From SAR324 cluster bacterium (GTDB lineage Bacteria > SAR324 > NAC60-12), in NCBI GenBank assembly GCA_028822475.1, contig JAPKDT010000001.1:1-33181 (forward strand): 33,181 nucleotides of DNA, given 5' to 3'. Of the stretch, positions 1-7,065 are shown one piece after another. The notes beneath the pieces were generated by a model that saw only the letters and a list, made by a program, of their open reading frames with translations, made no database searches and was not told the origin of the DNA. The position numbers and the translations under genes are program-made. Every line of letters starts with the position of its first letter. Position 1 is the stretch's first letter.

Positions 1-1
1 G

Positions 2-166
2 GGAATGGACTGGTATCAAGGTGGAATTAAACTGAGTGATGAAACAAAGGTTACGAAGAAGTCAGGTACAGAAACGTCTACAACACTTCAGAATGCAACT
101 GCAACTTCGACCGATATTAAAGTATTTGCTGGAGAACTTGTATTAACTTTCGGATTTGGTTTCTGA
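2..166 (+). CDS. 3' end of an outer-membrane beta-barrel protein gene (5' part lies outside the window)
   Basis: The frame-2 ORF is open from the window edge to TGA at 164-166. The translated tail ...TDIKVFAGELVLTFGFGF has alternating hydrophobic residues and a terminal Phe, the usual C-terminal beta-signal of OMP barrels. Confidence 0.4.
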   Translation, partial: GMDWYQGGIKLSDETKVTKKSGTETSTTLQNATATSTDIKVFAGELVLTFGFGF

Positions 167-285
167 GCGAGGCAATTTATTCCATTTTTTAAAATACCAA
201 AAGCCCTTTAAACTTATCCTTTATTTCCAGGAAGCATCTTTTCCCCCTGATGTTGAAGGAGTCTCTCTGCAAATGTCTGTACGAT

Positions 286-657
286 TTAAAATTTGTCCAT
301 AATTTTATCGTTCCATTCCGAAGGATATTCTGCATTACGGGCTTCATCCAGAACTTTATTACTGAGGGCCTTGTTCTCAAGCGGATGCAGGATATGCGCG
401 CCATGTGGCAAGCCTACCTCCTGCGATACTTCCATCGCACGGTTGGTCATGCTGAACTTGACCCATTTACCCGCAAACCATTCCAGTACTACTTCTCCAA
501 AAATCAGCTGAATTTGTTGAATATTATCTCCATCATCAATCCAGAAGAATCCGTGAGCATCCGCTCTATTTTCACAGCCTAAAGTGTGCTTTTTTAGACC
601 ATTCACCACTTCCTCTGACTTTTTGGAAATGATGAGATAAAATTGACAATGCCTCAT
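286..657 (-). CDS. hypothetical protein (123 aa), no family recognised
   Basis: This is the longest and most protein-like ORF in the 170-788 gap; the overlapping plus-strand ORFs look like shadow frames. I recognise no motif with confidence. The start codon is uncertain. Confidence 0.35.
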   Translation of the reverse strand: MRHCQFYLIISKKSEEVVNGLKKHTLGCENRADAHGFFWIDDGDNIQQIQLIFGEVVLEWFAGKWVKFSMTNRAMEVSQEVGLPHGAHILHPLENKALSNKVLDEARNAEYPSEWNDKIMDKF

Positions 658-788
658 AAATCAGTCCTCTGTGTCTTGTCTTTTCCAGTTGTTTCGCTGA
701 TTATATTCATATAACTTTAAGCGCTTTATAAAAACAGCATAGAGTCTGTTTTGAATGAAGGTGAACCATAAAATCTATTTTAACAGCC

Positions 789-1523
789 ATGAGCCTCATA
801 CGAGTATTAATCAACGGGTCCAAAGGCCGAATGGGTCAGGAGTCGATCAAGGCCGTCAGGGCGGATGCTGAACTGGATTTAGTCGCGCAAACTGATTTGA
901 GTGATAATCTAGCTCAAATCATTGAGCAATCCAAGGCTCAGGTTGTTCTTGACTTCACAACTGCCGCGGTTGCCATGGAAGTCTCTGCCAGTATCATTCA
1001 GTCAGGGGCTCGTCCTGTAATCGGCACCAGCGGCTTGCTTCCGGAACAAGTTGCTGAACTTAAACAACTTTGTAAACAACAAAACATCGGTGGTGTTATT
1101 GCGCCTAATTTTGCGATTGGGGCAGTTCTGATGATGAAATATTCTCAGGATGCTGCCAGGTATTTTCCACAGGCAGAAGTTATTGAACTCCATCACAATG
1201 GCAAACTGGATGCGCCTTCCGGAACCGCAATCAAGACTGCAAATTTAATTGCAGAAGCACGTGATTCAGTCCCAGAAACGATTGCAGAAAAAGAAATTCT
1301 TCCAGGAGCACGCGGTGCCAACGCTGAAGAAATCCGGATCCATTCTATACGTCTTCCCGGGCTGGTTGCGCATCAGGAAGTGCTTTTCGGCGGACAAAGC
1401 CAGACGCTGACCATTCGGCACGATTCAACCCATCGTGACTCTTTTATGCCCGGTGTTTGCCTCGCCTGCAAAAAAGTCATGGAACTGAACGAACTCGTAT
1501 ACGGACTGGAGCATCTGCTTTAA
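789..1523 (+). CDS. dapB: 4-hydroxy-tetrahydrodipicolinate reductase
   Basis: The N-terminal Rossmann motif is INGSKGRMG. The DapB signature ELHHNGKLDAPSGTA is present. The length (244 aa) is typical. Confidence 0.95.
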   Translation: MSLIRVLINGSKGRMGQESIKAVRADAELDLVAQTDLSDNLAQIIEQSKAQVVLDFTTAAVAMEVSASIIQSGARPVIGTSGLLPEQVAELKQLCKQQNIGGVIAPNFAIGAVLMMKYSQDAARYFPQAEVIELHHNGKLDAPSGTAIKTANLIAEARDSVPETIAEKEILPGARGANAEEIRIHSIRLPGLVAHQEVLFGGQSQTLTIRHDSTHRDSFMPGVCLACKKVMELNELVYGLEHLL

Positions 1524-1528
1524 AAAAA

Positions 1529-2458
1529 TTATTCACCTGCTGTATGTTTCTGACCACGTGGGTGATGTTCATGGTAAACCTTAAAAAAATCAGGACGGTT
1601 TACATGTGCGTACTGCAGCGTCGCGTCCAGACTGACGTAGCCGAATAATTGCTTAATATCCGTCAAATCAATCCCGTTCTGCAGCAGGTGCACTGCAAAT
1701 GAGTGACGTAATATTCTCGGATTGATACGGCTGGTGATGCCCGCGCGGAGGGCATGTTTTTTGATCATTGACCAAAATCCTACCCTGCTCATCCTTGTAC
1801 CGTTGCGTCCGGGAAACAAACACGAATCTTCCGGATGCAGTAAACGTCCGGCTCTTGCCTGATCAAGATAAGGCCGTAGTACCTCAACCGCGGTGGAAGT
1901 CATCGGTACCATGCGTTCACGTTTGGAACGTACTTTCAAAAATTCTAAATCCAGAAACAAATCTTCTACATCCAGTCCGAGCAGTTCATTTACTTTTAGT
2001 CCACTTGAATAAAGCAGTTCCAGCATTGCCCTGTCACGCAATCCAAGATAATGATCGAGCGAAGGTGCTTCAAGTAGTTTTACAACCTCTTCTGTTGACA
2101 AAATTTCTGGTGCGTCAGGAATGATTTCCGGAAAACGGATATGATGTGCCGGACTGGTTTTGATCAAACCGCTCAATTCAAGGTGATCAAGAAAGAGTCG
2201 CAGTGAGGAAATGTGTCTCGCTAAAGTTCTTGGTTTGTAGGATTCACGCAGGAAGGCGAGGTAAATTTCTATATCATCGGGGCTAAGTTTACGGATCAGG
2301 GCCAGCAGCTTTTGACTGTCCGTGTCCTCCTCATCAAGCTCCAGCCACTTTAAGAATTTACGCAGATCAAGACGGTGACTCTGGATACTGTTTGTAGAAT
2401 ATTTTTTGCTGTGAAGTGAGTCTAAAAACTCTGAAACCAGCGGCTGCATGAGGTTCAA
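1529..2458 (-). CDS. XerD/XerC-like tyrosine recombinase, with non-canonical residues at several catalytic positions
   Basis: The protein has an N-terminal SAM-like core-binding domain. The C-terminal blocks LRDRAMLELLYSSGLKVNELLGL and NPRILRHSFAVHLLQNGIDLTDIKQLFGYVSLDATLQYAHV align without gaps to the E. coli XerD catalytic boxes. The nucleophile Tyr and Arg-II are kept, but other triad/pentad residues differ (see findings). Confidence 0.85.
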   Translation of the reverse strand: MNLMQPLVSEFLDSLHSKKYSTNSIQSHRLDLRKFLKWLELDEEDTDSQKLLALIRKLSPDDIEIYLAFLRESYKPRTLARHISSLRLFLDHLELSGLIKTSPAHHIRFPEIIPDAPEILSTEEVVKLLEAPSLDHYLGLRDRAMLELLYSSGLKVNELLGLDVEDLFLDLEFLKVRSKRERMVPMTSTAVEVLRPYLDQARAGRLLHPEDSCLFPGRNGTRMSRVGFWSMIKKHALRAGITSRINPRILRHSFAVHLLQNGIDLTDIKQLFGYVSLDATLQYAHVNRPDFFKVYHEHHPRGQKHTAGE

Positions 2459-2488
2459 CTGGTCAAGGGGGAAGAGGAAAATTTGTTT

Positions 2489-2519
2489 TGAAAAATATGT
2501 CTGCTGTCAAAAGCAGCAG
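2489..2519 (-). terminator. weak hairpin plus U-rich tract at the 3' end of the 6S RNA
   Basis: The minus strand reads CCTGCTG-CTTTTGA-CAGCAG followed by ACATATTTTTC. The stem is 6 bp and the T run is interrupted, so this is a weak intrinsic terminator at best. Confidence 0.3.
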
Positions 2520-2521
2520 GC

Positions 2522-2703
2522 CCGCGATGCCGTGTGTAAAATATAAGCTTTTGTTTCCTAGGCCACACAAGGTGGAGTAATGTGATAGAAGGTTCAGGCT
2601 TCCTGCTCAAAGGCAGGCATGCTCACCCCCTCCAGGGACTAACTCCTTTCTGAAAAAATCAGGAAGCAAAAGTTTCACATCACGTACACCGCAGACTTTA
2701 ATG
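2522..2703 (-). ncRNA. ssrS: 6S RNA (RNA polymerase-sequestering regulatory RNA); ends approximate
   Basis: It lies immediately downstream of zapA on the same strand, the classic zapA-ssrS synteny. The minus-strand core GGUGAGCAUGCCUGCCUUUGAGCAGGAAGCCUGAACC closely mirrors E. coli 6S GGUGAGCAUGCUCGGUCCGUCCGAGAAGCCUUAAAAC. Long-range pairing between about 2534-2560 and about 2660-2690 (AGGAAACAAAAGC with CUUUUGCUUCCU) forms the closing stem around a central bubble. Confidence 0.65.
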
Positions 2704-2823
2704 CTCTGTATTAACAATAACCAGCTATCTGTGAATAATCAAGGATGATGCAAGAAAAAAACAAATTGCAGCTGAAATTTACGTTTCGGTTTATTTGAGT
2801 CTTGTTACAAGCTAGTTATCAAT

Positions 2824-3120
2824 TTATTTTTCTGTTAAAACCTCATCCAGTTTGTAGCATAAATTATCCAGATCTTCTTCAATACCTTCATACTTTGAGA
2901 CTTTATTTTTTAAGGTCAGAAGTTTGTCCGCTAAATTTAATGCAACCAGCAAAGCAACGTTTGTTGGACCAAATGCGTCAGTGTGTTCTGTGACTTCCGC
3001 GATCTGTTGGTCCAGCAATTTTTCCACTTCACGTACGTGTTCTTCCCCATAAGGACTGGAAATTGAGAAACGGTTACCGCTGATATTTATCTGGTATTGC
3101 CTACTGTCGTTCTCCTCCAC
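2824..3120 (-). CDS. zapA: cell division protein ZapA
   Basis: ISGNRFSISSPYGEEHVREVEKLLDQQI...NVALLVALNLADKLL matches the ZapA fold pattern (beta N-terminus plus coiled coil). The tracked ORF extends to 3198. An in-frame GTG at 3120, preceded by AAAAGGGG, gives a typical 98-aa ZapA, so I prefer that start. Confidence 0.85.
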   Translation of the reverse strand: MEENDSRQYQINISGNRFSISSPYGEEHVREVEKLLDQQIAEVTEHTDAFGPTNVALLVALNLADKLLTLKNKVSKYEGIEEDLDNLCYKLDEVLTEK

Positions 3121-3350
3121 AATAACCCCTTTTCTGCAAACGATGTGTTTGTAATCCGCAGCATAACGGATCACGCAATTTATTTTTAAATGAGTCACAT
3201 CCAGAGAAGCTGATGCGAAATACAGCAGGATGTGATAAAGTAATTATTGCTTTGACTTATAGGACAATTTTCTAACAGATTCTATTTGAGAAAGCAATCC
3301 TATTTATTTGTCAGTAATGAAAGTAACACGTTTAGTTTAAAAAGTTAATC

Positions 3351-4244
3351 ATGAAATCCCCCCATTTAACTAAATTAGATACTGAATCCCGTCAGGAATA
3401 TGGGGCATTGCTGCTGTTGGATCAACTTATGCGCTACGAACTGCCCAAGCAGGAAAAAGATAATTTGCAGGAAACAGTCCTTAAACTGGAAGAAGAAGTA
3501 GCAGAACTTAAAAAAGGTTTTTTTCATTCAGATGAACAGGATCAGGAGCTAAATTATGAAAAAGATGAACTGAGTGAAGCACGGGAAGCGCTGGCAGAAA
3601 TTGAAAAAGAAATGGTGGAAAATGAACATTGCCGACTCAATCTCGCGCTGATAGAAACGGATGATCAAGGCCTTGAACCGCTGCTGAAGTTTATGGAGGA
3701 ACGCGGAACACTGACTGTGAGTGAAGAAAATTATTATCTGCCGACCGCAAAAGGAGAAGATGTTTATCAGCATTTAGTGGAACAGCTCAAAGCGTATGTT
3801 GTGCATTTTGACGTCTTTGCTTATGTTGATCTGGAAGAAGGAGCATTCGGGGATCCTAAAACGGATTTGCTGGAAGGCGATCAATGGTCGGATTTGCGTG
3901 TGGCGGTTGCAGAATATAAAGGTATTGATCCTTACCGTGTAGTATTTTTGGCATTAATGAGCGCGGATAAATTTTATGAAAATCCGGACTGGAAATTTGA
4001 TTTAAGCCTGGGAACGCTTTTTGATGAAATGGAGCAGATAGTACAGGATCAGCTCTGTGTAGAAGATTTAAGTTACAAAGACGAAGAGGAGCAAGTTTCC
4101 GGAGATGATGTAATCCGGGATATTATTGAACAGGGTAACTTACTGGCAAAAGAAAGACGCCGGGAGGAACAGGAAACCGAAGATAAAGAACAATCAGAGG
4201 CAACACCGGATGAGCAGATCATCACACAAACCTATTACTGTTAA
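3351..4244 (+). CDS. hypothetical, highly acidic protein (297 aa), coiled-coil-like N-terminal third
   Basis: This is a long clean ORF divergent from zapA. It is Glu/Asp-rich throughout (for example EEEVAELKK, KDEEEQVSGDD, RRREEQETEDKEQSE). I recognise no catalytic or DNA-binding motif. Confidence 0.6.
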   Translation: MKSPHLTKLDTESRQEYGALLLLDQLMRYELPKQEKDNLQETVLKLEEEVAELKKGFFHSDEQDQELNYEKDELSEAREALAEIEKEMVENEHCRLNLALIETDDQGLEPLLKFMEERGTLTVSEENYYLPTAKGEDVYQHLVEQLKAYVVHFDVFAYVDLEEGAFGDPKTDLLEGDQWSDLRVAVAEYKGIDPYRVVFLALMSADKFYENPDWKFDLSLGTLFDEMEQIVQDQLCVEDLSYKDEEEQVSGDDVIRDIIEQGNLLAKERRREEQETEDKEQSEATPDEQIITQTYYC

Positions 4245-5172
4245 TACAAAAACACGCATCAAGTACGAGATCAGAGAAGCTCCGGAACTGTTGGGTAAAA
4301 GCTGGGAAACACCTGATATTAACTGGTATCCTGGACACATGCTTAAGGCCAAAAAGGAACTGGCCAAACAGATCAAGCGGGTTGATGTGGTACTGGAAAT
4401 GCGCGATGCGAGGATTCCAGTTTCTTCAATAAATCATGATTTTGAGGAAATGCTGCAGCAAAAAAATCGCATCCTGCTTTTCAATAAAAGCGGTTTGGCG
4501 GATCAGCAAATAACGAGCGAATGGACTGCAATTTTCAATAAAGCAGACATCCCGTTCCTGTTTATAGACGCTTTAAATCAGCGTGAAATAAACAAAATAT
4601 TACCGCTATGCCGTAAAATGATGGAGGAAAAGTGGTCTACTTTCCGTAAACGTGGTATCCGTCATCCATCACTAAAACTGCTGATAACAGGTATTCCGAA
4701 TGTAGGCAAGTCCAGTTTGATCAACCGGCTTTCAAGACGTAAAGCCGCTGAAATTGGGCCGACTCCAGGAGTAACGAAACATCAGGACTGGATCAAGTTA
4801 GGCAAGGATGTGGAACTGCTGGATACTCCGGGAATTCTCTGGCCGAAAATTGAGAACCATGAAGCAGGTATGCGCTTGGCGATTACCGGTGCGATCAAAG
4901 ACTCAATTGTCGGAACATCACTGCTGAGTGATTATTTGCTGGCTGTTCTGAAACAGAAAGAACCGGAACAGTTGCAGCAATTATACAAGCTTGCTCCGGA
5001 AGATATTGATTTGCTTCCAGGTGATTTGCTGGAGAAAATCGCGGAAAAACGCGGTTGCCTGAAAGGCGGTGGAGCCATTGATCACCCGCGTGCAGAAAGT
5101 ATGCTGCTGCGTGAATTCAGAGCAGGAAAACTTGGCCGCTTAAGTTTTGACCTTCCAGAGACAACTGAGTAA
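4210..5172 (+). CDS. rbgA: ribosome biogenesis GTPase A (YlqF/RbgA), circularly permuted GTPase
   Basis: WYPGHMLKAKKEL is at the N-terminus. The motif order is permuted: G4 NKSGLAD comes before G1 GIPNVGKSSLINRL and G3 DTPG. The start is uncertain: ATG 4210 overlaps the upstream ORF by 35 nt, and in-frame TTG 4291 would give the usual short N-terminus. Confidence 0.9.
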   Translation: MSRSSHKPITVNTKTRIKYEIREAPELLGKSWETPDINWYPGHMLKAKKELAKQIKRVDVVLEMRDARIPVSSINHDFEEMLQQKNRILLFNKSGLADQQITSEWTAIFNKADIPFLFIDALNQREINKILPLCRKMMEEKWSTFRKRGIRHPSLKLLITGIPNVGKSSLINRLSRRKAAEIGPTPGVTKHQDWIKLGKDVELLDTPGILWPKIENHEAGMRLAITGAIKDSIVGTSLLSDYLLAVLKQKEPEQLQQLYKLAPEDIDLLPGDLLEKIAEKRGCLKGGGAIDHPRAESMLLREFRAGKLGRLSFDLPETTE

Positions 5173-5194
5173 GATTCATAAAAAAAGAGTTGAA

Positions 5195-7024
5195 TCAACC
5201 TTTTGGCGCTCTTGCGGTATGACGTCCAGTTGCGGAAAGCATGACTTTCCGTAAACGGATATTTTCCGGAGTTACTTCAACAATTTCACCCTCGCGGATG
5301 AATTCAATCGCCCTCTCTAAAGTTATCGGAATAATCGGTGTCAGTACTGTATTTTCATCTTTGCCAGAAGCCCGGTGATTAGTCAGTTTCTTCTCTTTGC
5401 ACGGATTGACGTTCAGGTCTGAATCCCGATTATGCTCTCCAATTATCATTCCCTCATATACACGTTCACCAGATGTTATGAGCAAAACACCTCTTGGTTC
5501 CAAATTGAAAAGCGCGTAAGGTATACTTTTTCCCTGACGGTCTGAAACAATTGATCCGGTAAATCGTATCGCAAAATCACCGCGGTACGCTTCATAACCT
5601 GAAAGAGATGAATTCAGAATTCCGGTACCGCGTGTGTCAGTCAAAAATTCATTCCTGTAACCAATCAATCCGCGTGACGGAATATTAAATTGGACCTGAA
5701 CCCGCCCTGCTCCATGATTTACCAAGTTAATCATCCGACCCTTGCGTTGGGACAGCTTTTCCGAAACTATGCCCAGGAAACCCTCCTCGCAGTCTACATA
5801 AACATGTTCAATCGGTTCTAAACGCTCCCCGTTCTCTTCTTTATAAATTACTTCTGGACGCCCAACTGCCAGCTCAAATCCTTCACGCCGCATTGTTTCA
5901 ATCAGTACTGCCATCTGCAGTTCACCCCGCCCTTTTACCAAGAAACGGTCCGCGTCCAGTGTCTCTTCAAACTGTAGTGAAACATTAGACAGTGTTTCTT
6001 TGTAGAGACGATCCTTGATTTTATTCGGTTGAACAAGCTTTCCCTCCTGTCCGGCAAAAGGAGAAGTGTTGGTGTAGAAAAACATCGCGATGGTGGGTTC
6101 ATCAACCGAGATCCTTTTCAAGGCTTTGGGACGTTCTTTGATACAGATAGTGTCACCGATACGGACGTTATCGATTCCTGCCAGAATCATTATTTCACCG
6201 GGTTCGATTTCATCTGCTTCTGCCATGGTGAAACCCTCATAAACCTGGACTTTACTGGCACGCAAAGGAATCTCCTCACCTTCTTCATTGATGCATACCA
6301 ACTGCTCATTTTTTTTAACAGTCCCATTGGCAACACGTCCGATGGCCAGTTTCCCCAAATAGTCAGAAAAATCCAAATCTGCCACTAGCATTTGAAAAGG
6401 TTCTTCTTCTGAATGTTTAGGTGCAGGAAGTTCTTTCAAAATTGTGTCAAAGAGCGGAAACAAATTAGCGGACTCGTCTTTCAATTCATGCTTAGCGATT
6501 CCATCTCTGCCTATTGCATAGAGCACCGTAAAGTCCAACTGCTCTTCGGTTGCGTCAAGGTCGATGAAAAGGTCATAGATTTCATCCAGAACTTCCGCGA
6601 CTCGTGAATCCTGACGATCAATTTTATTGATTACCACGACTACTTTTTTCTGGCCTTCAAGGGCTTTTTTCAGCACAAATCGTGTTTGAGGCAAAGGACC
6701 TTCAGAAGAATCTACGAGCAAAATCGCACCGTCAACCATCATCAGTGCACGTTCAACTTCTCCACCAAAATCAGCGTGGCCTGGAGTATCAAGGATATTT
6801 ATTTTTGTGTCCTTCCAGTTTATAGAACAGTTTTTTGCAGCAATCGTAATTCCACGTTCACGCTCCAGATCCATACTGTCCATGATGCGTTCGTCTACAG
6901 ATTGATTATCACGGAAAATCCCGCTTTGACGGAACATTTGATCAACGAGAGTTGTTTTTCCATGATCAACATGGGCAATGATGGCGATATTTCGGATTCG
7001 GTTATTTATTATTGTGTTTTCCAT
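5195..7024 (-). CDS. typA: translational GTPase TypA/BipA
   Basis: IRNIAIIAHVDHGKTTLVDQM (G1), DTPGHADFGGEV (G3) and NKIDR (G4) are present. The length is 609 aa and the architecture is EF-G-like. Confidence 0.95.
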   Translation of the reverse strand: MENTIINNRIRNIAIIAHVDHGKTTLVDQMFRQSGIFRDNQSVDERIMDSMDLERERGITIAAKNCSINWKDTKINILDTPGHADFGGEVERALMMVDGAILLVDSSEGPLPQTRFVLKKALEGQKKVVVVINKIDRQDSRVAEVLDEIYDLFIDLDATEEQLDFTVLYAIGRDGIAKHELKDESANLFPLFDTILKELPAPKHSEEEPFQMLVADLDFSDYLGKLAIGRVANGTVKKNEQLVCINEEGEEIPLRASKVQVYEGFTMAEADEIEPGEIMILAGIDNVRIGDTICIKERPKALKRISVDEPTIAMFFYTNTSPFAGQEGKLVQPNKIKDRLYKETLSNVSLQFEETLDADRFLVKGRGELQMAVLIETMRREGFELAVGRPEVIYKEENGERLEPIEHVYVDCEEGFLGIVSEKLSQRKGRMINLVNHGAGRVQVQFNIPSRGLIGYRNEFLTDTRGTGILNSSLSGYEAYRGDFAIRFTGSIVSDRQGKSIPYALFNLEPRGVLLITSGERVYEGMIIGEHNRDSDLNVNPCKEKKLTNHRASGKDENTVLTPIIPITLERAIEFIREGEIVEVTPENIRLRKVMLSATGRHTARAPKG

Positions 7025-7065
7025 TTTGAAAATATGTATCTGTTTTGGGTTATTTGGTTATTGTA

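Noticed and set aside
658-788. A lysine riboswitch upstream of dapB.
   Set aside because: The spacer is only about 130 nt, is AT-rich and lacks the conserved L-box helices and motifs.
1529-2458. The tyrosine recombinase as a marker of an integrated mobile element.
   Set aside because: No tRNA, att-like direct repeats, or phage or transposon genes flank it. Its neighbours are dapB, 6S RNA and zapA. The N-terminal core-binding domain is Xer-like rather than phage-integrase-like.
4126-4209. The ORF track shows an upstream extension of rbgA (MNRVTYWQKKDAGRNRKPKIKNNQRQHR).
   Set aside because: It lies entirely inside the preceding acidic-protein ORF in another frame. RbgA proteins start only a few residues before the W(F/Y)PGHM motif.
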